Positions 21,799 through 30,706 of a DNA stretch of 64,000 nt are shown here, piece after piece. The notes under the pieces were generated by a model, which saw only the letters and a list, made by a program, of their open reading frames with translations, was not told the DNA's origin and did no database searches. Every line of letters starts with the position of its first letter. The first letter of the stretch is position 1. Source of the DNA: a virus (lineage: Duplodnaviria; Caudoviricetes). Made by a program: the position numbers and the translations under genes. The DNA is taken from positions 128,001 through 192,000 of IMG/VR virus record IMGVR_UViG_3300021979_000003; one strand, given 5' to 3'.

Positions 21799-22407
21799 AT
21801 GAAAGACCTAATGGGTTTGGGTGTCACAGGGCATTTGAAGATTAACAGTTGGGAAGTGGATAGTGAAGGTAACAAAATCGACTTCACTAACCATGTTGAT
21901 AAAAAGAATGCTATTCATGACGGTAACATGGTCTTTGCAATTGCAAAGGCTATGATTGGTCAAGATAGTGCAAATACCTTCTCAATTGGATGGATCGCAT
22001 TTGGTGATGGCGGTTCTGAAATTGCAGAAACAGGCACTGTGACTTATCGTCCCACTAACACGCAAAATAACCGAAACGAGCTTGCTGATCTTCATCAACG
22101 TGTGTATCAGAAAAAGATAGAAGATGAAGGCTTTACTATGGAAGTTAGCCCTATAATTTATAATAGAGCGATAGCTGATATTAATACAAACATTGTTCTA
22201 CAACAGGGTGAGCCATTTGGTCAGTTACCTATGGACAATGCTGTAGAGTTTAGTGACAGGTTTGTTTTTGATGAGTTGGGATTTTTTACAAATGCAAACA
22301 ACATAGAAGATTCTTATATGTTGACCCATATTGTTTTTCATCCTATCCAAAAATCATTAAATCGTGTGTTTGAAATAGACTACACAATTAGATTTGAAAT
22401 TTTATAA
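21799..22407 (+). CDS. Putative baseplate/tail-collar fibre-attachment protein
   Basis: IAFGDGG...FDELGFF...THIVFHPIQKSLNR pattern; SD AGGAG; lies between the giant protein and fibre genes. Confidence 0.5.
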   Translation: MKDLMGLGVTGHLKINSWEVDSEGNKIDFTNHVDKKNAIHDGNMVFAIAKAMIGQDSANTFSIGWIAFGDGGSEIAETGTVTYRPTNTQNNRNELADLHQRVYQKKIEDEGFTMEVSPIIYNRAIADINTNIVLQQGEPFGQLPMDNAVEFSDRFVFDELGFFTNANNIEDSYMLTHIVFHPIQKSLNRVFEIDYTIRFEIL

Positions 22408-22419
22408 GGGTTAAATTAA

Positions 22420-23883
22420 ATGAGTTATAGAGTTGATAGAACTGACGAAACAAACGTTCCTATTAATGTTGATATGTCAGTTACTAAAAGACAGTTGGGC
22501 CTTACATGGGTAGGTCAATACTATTCCCGATATGGCGAAGTACAGAGTGAAAACTTTCTAAGGCTCCTAGAAAACTTTGCCAGTGATACGCAGCCTAACT
22601 CAAATGATGATCCCGGCCTAGCATTGAATAATGTTCTAGGTCAGCTTTGGTATCATACTGACGACACTGGAACAAACCTTAGAACAACATTAAAGGTTTT
22701 TAATGATAATCGACATAATGGGACTGATGGTTGGAAGCGCTTAGAACCTATTATCAATAATCTAGAACCTAGCGTACATACTGAAGGCGAAATGTGGTAT
22801 CAACCCTCAACAAATACTCTTAAAATTTCTAGGGGTAATCGTTGGGAAGAAACAACTGTTCTTTTAGCTCAAGACTCTGAACGTTTAGGCGGATTCACCC
22901 CTGATCAATATGTTAGAAGTGACATTAATGATACCATCTATGGTGAGTTACGTACTAATGTGATTATGCCAGATCGTCACAATGAATTCGATTTGGGTAA
23001 GAGTAACCTACGATGGGAGACAATCTATGGTAACACATTGGATGTGAACTCTTCCCATACTATTCTTCCTGAATTTACAGACAGTTATGATCTAGGTGTT
23101 AGTTCTCGCAGATGGAGAAATGGTTATTTCTCTTTGATGGACTCTATTAACTACACTAACGTTTCACCACTTACTACTAATCAATATTCTTTAGGTAACT
23201 CTGCTAAATGGTGGAATGATGCATATGTAAGAACGCTTAACGTTAATAAAATAAGTACGTTTGAACCAATAAACTCATCTGCATCTGTTGGTACTTCAAC
23301 TGTTCGTTGGGGATATACTTACTTTGATATTCTTGATACAAATTATTCAAAAAGTCTAATACCTTTGACTGGTTTGCAGCACGATCTTGGCTCAAATGCA
23401 AGGAAATGGCGCGAATTACATGTGGATGTAATAAAGCAAGCAAAGACTGAAAGACTATATCCGAGGTTAGATAATACCTACGATCTAGGCTCAGTATCAA
23501 ATAAATATAGAGATATATATGTAAACAATATTGCCAGTGATGTGAAAGTCGAAGGTGATGTAACATTTGAAATCGTTAGAAATGGTGCGTCAAAGGGAAT
23601 ATCATGGACTGGACTTACGGATAACCATGCAATCTACGTTGAAGAATTTGCGAATGCTGAAAACACGCGTCTTGTAATTCACAACCAAGATAATACCTCA
23701 GATTATACTGTTTTCCGTGGTGATAGTGGCGATATTGCATACTTTAAACACAATGAACTGGAAGTTGTTGGTGGAGTCTTAAAAACGAAAGGTAGCTTGA
23801 AAGTTGAAGATCAATCTACAACAAGCGGCTGTGAAATGGTATATAATGAAGCCAACGAAACACTTGATTTTATATTTTACTAA
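22420..23883 (+). CDS. Short tail fibre/baseplate pin-like protein with six DLG-x4-W repeats
   Basis: N-terminal YGEVQSENFLRLLENFA; repeats such as YDLGVSSRRWR, HDLGSNARKWR and YDLGSVSNKYR. Confidence 0.6.
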   Translation: MSYRVDRTDETNVPINVDMSVTKRQLGLTWVGQYYSRYGEVQSENFLRLLENFASDTQPNSNDDPGLALNNVLGQLWYHTDDTGTNLRTTLKVFNDNRHNGTDGWKRLEPIINNLEPSVHTEGEMWYQPSTNTLKISRGNRWEETTVLLAQDSERLGGFTPDQYVRSDINDTIYGELRTNVIMPDRHNEFDLGKSNLRWETIYGNTLDVNSSHTILPEFTDSYDLGVSSRRWRNGYFSLMDSINYTNVSPLTTNQYSLGNSAKWWNDAYVRTLNVNKISTFEPINSSASVGTSTVRWGYTYFDILDTNYSKSLIPLTGLQHDLGSNARKWRELHVDVIKQAKTERLYPRLDNTYDLGSVSNKYRDIYVNNIASDVKVEGDVTFEIVRNGASKGISWTGLTDNHAIYVEEFANAENTRLVIHNQDNTSDYTVFRGDSGDIAYFKHNELEVVGGVLKTKGSLKVEDQSTTSGCEMVYNEANETLDFIFY

Positions 23884-23895
23884 TAGAGAGAGTTT

Positions 23896-25461
23896 ATGCA
23901 GATTAAAAGGCTATCTGGTCTAGGTGGGAACATATTAACAAATAATACGTTACAAATCGTAGAGTTGGAAGGATCAAATATTGATGCACCCGGATTCGGA
24001 AATATGATTATTAATAATAATCAAGTTACTTCTATAACATCCAACTCTGGATTATTTGTTGTTGTGATGGATGAATTTTTAAATGTTCTTGAAACAAGAC
24101 GTTTCACATTGACTAGCAATGCAGCAGCAGGAAGAAGAGACACAGACTTTATTAATTTCGTTGGCTCTCTACCACCAAGACGTTATTACGCGTTTGTTAG
24201 CAATGGACAAATTGGCCGATCAACATCTGTTGATAGTTTCTTTCGCGACGTTCTAAACAGTAATGTTTGGGATAATATGTGGACACTATATAACACTGCC
24301 TATAGCAATCCCCAGACTTTGGGTAAAATTTCATATTCTGCATTCGGATCAACTGAACTTGGGGTTACACATGAAAACTTCTTCAATGGATCGTCAGAAG
24401 CACATCTATCAGTAAGCATAAGCGAATACGATTACTTCATGAACACTGGATATGGATCACCAGTATATAGCTTAGGTTCACAAACATATGGATCAACTTA
24501 TACAACAGAAACGGTTCCTGCATCTTTATTTAATTCAGTCGGTGCGTACTTTACAGTAAGGTATAGAGGTAGTTTACAGTCAGATGATATAGTTATTGAG
24601 AAAGTATATACTAATGCTACAGTAGATACATTTAACCTTTCTGAGGTTAACACTAATATGTTTAAATCCAACTCACTACGCTTGTCAAATAGCAATGTTA
24701 GTGAATATCGCATTAAAGTTAAAAATGTAGAACTGCTATATCTAGATGTTTATCGTTCCAGTCCTAATAGTATACCTAATCCAGTATCATCTATATCGAA
24801 ACGGGGTGATGGCCTATCCGTATCAAATATAAAGTTTGGTATGAATGGTTACGACTTTGAAAATAATAACCACCTAAGTAACTTTTCTAACTTAAATAAA
24901 GTTTACACATGTAACAACACAGTAAGTGTCAATAATGTAAACATGGATTCATTTACATTAACTGGAACTCAAGAAAGCAACTTTATAGCGGTAGATAGTA
25001 ACATAGATTATTTTGTTTCATTTTTTGGAAAAAATAATACCACCAACAGTACGTCAGCCATTATTGCTGTAAAGACATTTGATTCTTCATTTAACCCTAT
25101 ATCGACTGTTTCTCTAATGAGTTTAAGTAGCTCAGAAATTCATAATATGGGTAGCATATCTAATAGTACACAAGATGTATTCTATCAAGAATACTATGTA
25201 TTGTCGTCTAAGCAATCCACATCTGATGTAACAAATGCTTCTTATTTAGTTAGTGATATATATGGAAGTATAGTATCTGGTGGCTGGTCTTCTGAAACTA
25301 ATACTGTAAATGATATTGTAATCATGAACAGCGACGTGGCATTTATAAAAGTTGAAATAACAACTGATAATAGTCTAGAGATAATTAATCCTGTATGTGA
25401 TGTTGTTAAATTTTCTTTAACAAAAGATTCAACATATATTGGAAATATTAACGAGTCTTAA
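23896..25461 (+). CDS. Tail fibre hinge-like protein with N-terminal GG/ILEI (gp35-like) domain
   Basis: SGLFVVVMDEFLNVLETRRF...FINFVGSLPPRRYYAFVS matches the GG/ILEI pattern found in T4 gp35. Confidence 0.55.
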   Translation: MQIKRLSGLGGNILTNNTLQIVELEGSNIDAPGFGNMIINNNQVTSITSNSGLFVVVMDEFLNVLETRRFTLTSNAAAGRRDTDFINFVGSLPPRRYYAFVSNGQIGRSTSVDSFFRDVLNSNVWDNMWTLYNTAYSNPQTLGKISYSAFGSTELGVTHENFFNGSSEAHLSVSISEYDYFMNTGYGSPVYSLGSQTYGSTYTTETVPASLFNSVGAYFTVRYRGSLQSDDIVIEKVYTNATVDTFNLSEVNTNMFKSNSLRLSNSNVSEYRIKVKNVELLYLDVYRSSPNSIPNPVSSISKRGDGLSVSNIKFGMNGYDFENNNHLSNFSNLNKVYTCNNTVSVNNVNMDSFTLTGTQESNFIAVDSNIDYFVSFFGKNNTTNSTSAIIAVKTFDSSFNPISTVSLMSLSSSEIHNMGSISNSTQDVFYQEYYVLSSKQSTSDVTNASYLVSDIYGSIVSGGWSSETNTVNDIVIMNSDVAFIKVEITTDNSLEIINPVCDVVKFSLTKDSTYIGNINES

Positions 25462-25931
25462 AACAGACTCGTTATAAAGTTGTACATAGCTTCAGCTTCA
25501 GTTAATAAAGCTTGCTGTTCAGTCTCAGTTAAGTTTTCGTAATTACTATCTAGGTAGGTAGCAATGGCTACTAGGTTTTCGTTGGAAGGGGTTTCGGAAA
25601 CTGCTACATATCCATCTGGAAGAACTAAACCATCCTTATACGTGTTCACATACTGAACTATTCCATTTAACTCAGCAGGTCCAGAAGCTTCATTGAGTAT
25701 ATCATTAAAGCTTCTATCCCAAGACTTGGTATAGTTGACATAGTTATTAGCTTCACCTGTGTTCTCAAAAACAGTGAATGAATCTTTACGCTTAAGGTAT
25801 AAAGCATTCTCTCCCCAATCACCTTTTCCTTTCACAAAGTCTTTTATATCAGACTCTGGCACATCCGAGCTTATATTAATTTCTTGTTTTGGAAGTTGTA
25901 CAGTCCAAACATCATTTATAAACTTTTTCAT
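25458..25931 (-). CDS. Hypothetical protein, 157 aa
   Basis: ORF at the end of a minus-strand operon; overlaps the convergent gene's stop codon. Confidence 0.65.
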   Translation of the reverse strand: MKKFINDVWTVQLPKQEINISSDVPESDIKDFVKGKGDWGENALYLKRKDSFTVFENTGEANNYVNYTKSWDRSFNDILNEASGPAELNGIVQYVNTYKDGLVLPDGYVAVSETPSNENLVAIATYLDSNYENLTETEQQALLTEAEAMYNFITSLF

Positions 25932-25940
25932 ATGTTATAA

Positions 25941-26231
25941 TTACCTTTGGTCCAAAAACAACATAAGCTTACGTCTTATATCATTTACGTCTACATCAAC
26001 AAACCATTCACCCTCTGCACGTTGTTCGCTGAAACAATTATGTAAATACTTTTCAGCTTTATTTGCCTCGGTTCTTTCCTCTACCCACTCGACATTTATT
26101 TTATGTGGGTTTCCGGTTTGCAATGACTTAATCCTTTTATATAAATTATCATTTTTACAAACACCAATCTTATGAAACTTTTTGTCTTGGCAACTTAATA
26201 TATAAAGAACATTATATGTAAATTTTCTCAA
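25941..26231 (-). CDS. T5orf172/GIY-YIG-superfamily domain protein
   Basis: YIL...KIG...RIKSLQTGNP...E..LH..F...R..GEWF. Confidence 0.85.
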   Translation of the reverse strand: MRKFTYNVLYILSCQDKKFHKIGVCKNDNLYKRIKSLQTGNPHKINVEWVEERTEANKAEKYLHNCFSEQRAEGEWFVDVDVNDIRRKLMLFLDQR

Positions 26232-27028
26232 AACCTTTCTCCATCGTTATATCTATTTATAACATTTTGAAATAGCTCGATTGGAGTTTTTCTTGACTTA
26301 GCTATGATTTTCTTTTTGTTAAGCAACAAGTAGCTTTTGGAAACTACCATAATTTCATTATTAGTCTTTGATAAACTGGTAGGAAGTTCGCCCATGTTAT
26401 CGGCAACTTCATATGTTGAGAGAAGCTTAGTAATTTGCTTTTTAATTTCGTCAAAAATACTTTTAGTTAAATCTTTAGAATCTTCTTTACTAAACCCTTT
26501 CTTTATAAAGGCTCTGTATAGATCATTAGATATTTCAGATATAGATTTCTCGTTACTCTCCAATACCTTGAAAACAATATCAGCAACCTTATTTTCATCA
26601 TACTTGGTGTCTATACGATGCATTACAATATCAATTATTTCTTTACGCCATGTCATGTACCAGTCATAAATTTCTTCAGAGTAACACATCTTATAATTAC
26701 CAGTGGGTAATAATATAAAAGGTGACCCGTAAGACGATGAACCGTTTAGGGTAGTATATATGGCATCTTTTCTAAAATTTATTCCATAGTTTTCATTGAA
26801 AAAGTCATCAAGATAATTACCAAAATAATTATGTGCACCTTCCTGTGGTGATTTATGATCTTCGGTGACAACGATAAAATCAGTATCTAAAGAACCACTG
26901 TTATGATGTAGGACTGTGTTGGACTTAACACAGTCTTCCATGTACTTAAGCATTTCAGGGTACTTATCGATATGAAATAAAAGTATATCTATAAAGTTCG
27001 ATGGTTCGTATATTTCATCTATTTTCAT
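26228..27028 (-). CDS. Hypothetical (possibly virion) protein, 266 aa
   Basis: ATGA overlap with the next gene; N-terminus MKIDEI. Confidence 0.65.
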   Translation of the reverse strand: MKIDEIYEPSNFIDILLFHIDKYPEMLKYMEDCVKSNTVLHHNSGSLDTDFIVVTEDHKSPQEGAHNYFGNYLDDFFNENYGINFRKDAIYTTLNGSSSYGSPFILLPTGNYKMCYSEEIYDWYMTWRKEIIDIVMHRIDTKYDENKVADIVFKVLESNEKSISEISNDLYRAFIKKGFSKEDSKDLTKSIFDEIKKQITKLLSTYEVADNMGELPTSLSKTNNEIMVVSKSYLLLNKKKIIAKSRKTPIELFQNVINRYNDGERF

Positions 27029-27031
27029 GAA

Positions 27032-27826
27032 TTATTTCTTGTCTTTTTTATATTTTCTTAATAAGTTAAGAGTGTAGTACTTCATATTGTGTGTTTTTAC
27101 AGCAGTAAATAGCTTATAAAACATTTTTATTTTTGCTAAGAATAGTAATGGTGCAATAAATCCTTTTCTGTCTTCAGTATCTATCACCACATTGCCACGC
27201 TTAAGAAGAAGTTCTTCACCGAAGATATCTTCATAAAATAAAGATGGAAACATAGGAATTAAGTCACCATCCATACGATATTTATATACTTTTGTTTGTT
27301 TGCAATTGTCGTAAAAGTCAGACTTTGCTAGACATGGTGCGCCAAAACTTATTACAGTAGTATCTACATGACTCATACAGCCAACGTATTTTGCTAACAC
27401 ACCACCTAGAGAATGACCTGTAAGAATAATATCGTAGCCTTTCAGCTTTGCTTCTTTAAGATCGTGCTTCATTATGGAATACATATGGTTGCCTGCTCTG
27501 ACATAACCATTATGAGCCTTAGTTCCATTCACCTTCTTAGGCCACATACGTAAGCTTATAATAAGGTCCATCCACTCATCCTTGAATCTTTTTATATCAG
27601 TACCACGTATTACAAAGTAAGCCTTTTTGCTATGATCATCAAACGCTACATAATACTGAAGTGTTTCATATTCAGATGATTTAAAGTAATTCATGTTGAA
27701 TCTACTTGAAAGCCACTTTTCTTGCTCTTTATCAGATTTGTATGATAAAGTACAAAGGTAGCTACAAAGTAAAGCTACCTGATCTACGTTTTCGTAGTCT
27801 AAGTTGTTTATATCGTTTCTATTCAT
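27032..27826 (-). CDS. Class-3 lipase / alpha-beta hydrolase
   Basis: FVIRGTD, AHNGY, ILTGHSLGG nucleophile elbow, SFGAP, DLIPMFP; SD GGAGG favours the ATG at 27826. Confidence 0.9.
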   Translation of the reverse strand: MNRNDINNLDYENVDQVALLCSYLCTLSYKSDKEQEKWLSSRFNMNYFKSSEYETLQYYVAFDDHSKKAYFVIRGTDIKRFKDEWMDLIISLRMWPKKVNGTKAHNGYVRAGNHMYSIMKHDLKEAKLKGYDIILTGHSLGGVLAKYVGCMSHVDTTVISFGAPCLAKSDFYDNCKQTKVYKYRMDGDLIPMFPSLFYEDIFGEELLLKRGNVVIDTEDRKGFIAPLLFLAKIKMFYKLFTAVKTHNMKYYTLNLLRKYKKDKK

Positions 27827-27828
27827 TT

Positions 27829-28860
27829 TTAATCCTCCATTGGACAACGTTTGTTTAGGTATCTTGTTACTGATGACTTAGAAGAATGTATCGCATAACG
27901 GTTTGGTGCGTACTCTGGTACACTCCCTACAGTTCCATGACCGCACATACCACCTAATAGATAAATGCCAGTAGAAACGCTGTCAGAGCCACTTAAGGAC
28001 TTAATATTCTTCTTCTTCATTGAATCGTAACCTTTATAAACTGTGTTCTCTCTGAACCAGTTTTCTTTTCTGTATTTGCAGCACATACCTTTATCTTTTA
28101 ACTTCTTATTTAGTTCGCGCAGTGACTTATTAGCACTCGCTTTAAGTTTTTGTCTGGCTTGTGCCTGAGACTTAGCATTAGTAACGAGAACGTTTTTAAA
28201 GTTTTTGTGTGGTACTTTTTCAGACTTGTTGTTATCGTAGAGTGATAGTTCGACAACCATGTAATATTGGTCAGGGTCCATCTTGCGACCTTCGTTAAGC
28301 TCTTCCGCACCATAGTTCGCTTCGATCATTTCAAGAACACACTCAGAGACAGATTTTGAATCTTTTGTGTTTCTATCATAAAAGTTATCTATTTGATCCT
28401 TGACTACTTCGTCCATGTCTAGGATTTCACGAATAAATCCCGCACCTTTGTATTGCTCATTGCGATCAAGGGTACGCTGTAGTGCAGATTTAAAGTACTG
28501 GTGGTTTGCCTTAAGCTTTTCATTAGGTTCTATTACTTTCTTTTCGAATTCCTTCAACTCTTTTAGAGTTTCAGTTTCGTTAGAGTGTAGTAGTTTACTA
28601 ATACCCATCATAGACGGTCTGTCTGGGTCAGTTTTCTTAGATGCTTTGTCGTAGGCGAGAATGGTTCTTATTGTTGGTATAATATCGAAATATTTCCCAA
28701 TGAACTCTTTGATTTCCTTTTCCACCACAAGCTTTGGGCGTTTATTTTCTATACGTTCATGAATGTATTGGGCCTCATTCACCATTTTTCCGTATAGATT
28801 TTCAATGCTTTCATCCAGAATATATTTTTCTTTTTGTTTGTTTATTTGATGTAAGCGCAT
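27829..28860 (-). CDS. Hypothetical, probably late/virion protein, 343 aa
   Basis: Start reassigned to MRLHQIN at 28860 (SD AAGGA, late promoter upstream). Confidence 0.7.
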   Translation of the reverse strand: MRLHQINKQKEKYILDESIENLYGKMVNEAQYIHERIENKRPKLVVEKEIKEFIGKYFDIIPTIRTILAYDKASKKTDPDRPSMMGISKLLHSNETETLKELKEFEKKVIEPNEKLKANHQYFKSALQRTLDRNEQYKGAGFIREILDMDEVVKDQIDNFYDRNTKDSKSVSECVLEMIEANYGAEELNEGRKMDPDQYYMVVELSLYDNNKSEKVPHKNFKNVLVTNAKSQAQARQKLKASANKSLRELNKKLKDKGMCCKYRKENWFRENTVYKGYDSMKKKNIKSLSGSDSVSTGIYLLGGMCGHGTVGSVPEYAPNRYAIHSSKSSVTRYLNKRCPMED

Positions 28861-28896
28861 ACAGTTATCCTTTATGTTTAATTTTAGAATTATAGT

Positions 28897-28912
28897 TATA
28901 AATATATTTATA
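28897..28912. promoter_or_regulatory. Palindromic back-to-back late promoters
   Basis: TATAAATATATTTATA is its own reverse complement, giving TATAAATA on both strands between divergent genes. Confidence 0.75.
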
Positions 28913-28981
28913 TTACATAGATAAACGAATGGATAAAAGTAAGCAATGTGGTCACCATTCTCTATAAAAATCGGACACAAT

Positions 28982-29305
28982 ATGAAAGAACACTTAACAT
29001 TAGATCAAATAAAAAAAATTCTAGAAAAAATAGATGGCGAGTGTGTACCTTTAGTTTTCATAGATCACATTGATATTTTCTATAACAATGGTTCTGTAAA
29101 AACCGTTGATGGTGCACGTATTAAAAGATTATTCCCAGAAATAAGAAATACTACGATGGGTATACTTAAGCATAACAATGATATCTCTGAAATCAATGTT
29201 AAAGTTGATATGGCTAAGATACATGGTTATCTTAATGCTTTATGTAATCAGCTTGATATTCTTAAGAATAAAGAAGTGAAGAGAATTCTTGAAGGGAATG
29301 AATAA
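28982..29305 (+). CDS. Hypothetical protein (start 28982 or 28946)
   Basis: ORF downstream of a late promoter, followed by a hairpin terminator. Confidence 0.65.
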   Translation: MKEHLTLDQIKKILEKIDGECVPLVFIDHIDIFYNNGSVKTVDGARIKRLFPEIRNTTMGILKHNNDISEINVKVDMAKIHGYLNALCNQLDILKNKEVKRILEGNE

Positions 29306-29327
29306 AGGGAGCGTGTTGCTCCCCTTT
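29304..29327. terminator. Hairpin terminator between convergent genes
   Basis: AAA-GGGAGC-GTGTT-GCTCCC-CTTT. Confidence 0.65.
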
Positions 29328-29328
29328 A

Positions 29329-30309
29329 TTACGACTTGCTTGTATCTTCTTTTTTACGCTCTTTCTCTGCTTTCTTTTGCTTACGCTTTCCAGCAGACTC
29401 TAAAGCTTTAACTGCTTCAGCCTCAGTCAAATCATAGCGATTGATTAGGCGTGTAATAACAGTGTCCTTAGAACGGCTCTTAATAGCTTTTTCTAGTGCA
29501 TCGAAGCGCTCATCAAGATAGTTATTATCTGCCGCAGGCTGTGTAGCACCGGGAAGTTCTGAAACCTCTGTACCTTTCCCTTCACTGTCAGGTGTAGGCC
29601 CGAAGTCTACTGTTTCAGTACCAGACTCATTCACATCAGGCGTATAATCACCACCCTCTAGAATAGTAACACCGGGAACCTTACTTAGATCAACGGCATC
29701 CGCAGGTTGTTGATAGCCCTGTTCTGGCGCAGGCTGATCTACTGCTTCTGGGATTGGTTCAGGAGAAACCGACTCGTTAACCTGCTTTGGTTCTTGTGGG
29801 TATTGATTGCCACTACGCTCAATAGTTGCAGGCTGAATATTATCTTCGTTCATACTGGAATCAGTATATGTAGAAGAAATTTGGTTTTGCTCAGCAAGCT
29901 TCTTTTCATTCGCAGAACGAATCTCACGGTTGATATCAGTCATAGGAATCTTTTGCTGATGCCCACCTTGGCCTACAACAACGCTTACATCAGAAGCAGG
30001 AACACGACTGATTTGCTTCATACGGTGTAGCCATTGTAGAACATTCTCACCATTACGGAACACGGTTTTTGTAGCATATGACATAAACGTGGTATGTCCT
30101 TGAAGTTCACGGTTTTGAATCATTTCTTCAAGCTGCGACTTGAAATCAAATTCCATAGTCTGAAGATCAACGACTAGCGAATGATCATAGTCAATATCCC
30201 TTAGATTTTCTGAAGTTTGCACGTATGGAGATAGGATTAGAACCCTACGTGCTTGTCGTGATTTGTCACTAAAAGTAATGACTGCCTCACCAATAAAACG
30301 ATCTAACAT
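29329..30309 (-). CDS. Hypothetical protein, 326 aa, with an acidic P/Q/E-rich disordered middle
   Basis: SD GAGG; globular N-terminus, low-complexity linker and basic C-terminal helix. Confidence 0.7.
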   Translation of the reverse strand: MLDRFIGEAVITFSDKSRQARRVLILSPYVQTSENLRDIDYDHSLVVDLQTMEFDFKSQLEEMIQNRELQGHTTFMSYATKTVFRNGENVLQWLHRMKQISRVPASDVSVVVGQGGHQQKIPMTDINREIRSANEKKLAEQNQISSTYTDSSMNEDNIQPATIERSGNQYPQEPKQVNESVSPEPIPEAVDQPAPEQGYQQPADAVDLSKVPGVTILEGGDYTPDVNESGTETVDFGPTPDSEGKGTEVSELPGATQPAADNNYLDERFDALEKAIKSRSKDTVITRLINRYDLTEAEAVKALESAGKRKQKKAEKERKKEDTSKS

Positions 30310-30354
30310 ATTTGTAACCTCTTGTTTTTATTCTTTAATACTACGTAATAACAA

Positions 30355-30377
30355 GATAGTGGCACGAGGCCACTATC
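30355..30377 (-). terminator. Hairpin, possible weak terminator
   Basis: GATAGTGGC-N5-GCCACTATC 9-bp stem just after the 85-aa gene. Confidence 0.5.
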
Positions 30378-30378
30378 A

Positions 30379-30636
30379 TTAACCTTCAGATGAACCAGCG
30401 TCTTCAGTAGACTCACCTTCAGCTTCGGCTTCAGGCTTTTTGTTTGCTTCTGGCGCATTGTGAGAAACGAAAGCACTCACACGATCATATACGCGACCAA
30501 CTGAACTCATTTCTTCAGCGCGGAAAGCACCACGTGAGCTAGCAGTAGCAATGATACGTTGAACCATAACAATATCCTCAATAGTGATCTTTGGTTCTTC
30601 AACTTGTTGGTTTTCAGTGTTTTGCTCTTCAGCCAT
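30379..30636 (-). CDS. Hypothetical protein, 85 aa
   Basis: SD AGGAG; highly expressed-type codon usage; own promoter. Confidence 0.75.
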   Translation of the reverse strand: MAEEQNTENQQVEEPKITIEDIVMVQRIIATASSRGAFRAEEMSSVGRVYDRVSAFVSHNAPEANKKPEAEAEGESTEDAGSSEG

Positions 30637-30678
30637 TTTTTTTTCTCCTAGTTTTTATTATTTTGAATAACAGCTTTA

Positions 30679-30706
30679 ATAATCTCATTGATTTCTATTT
30701 TGTCAA
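30679..30706 (-). promoter_or_regulatory. Sigma70-like promoter overlapping the rIIA 3' end
   Basis: TTGACA-N16-(TGa)GATTAT; the -10 element is imperfect. Confidence 0.45.

Noticed and set aside
25941-26231. Homing endonuclease
   Set aside because: A stand-alone 96-aa T5orf172 domain with no DNA-binding extension or intron context.
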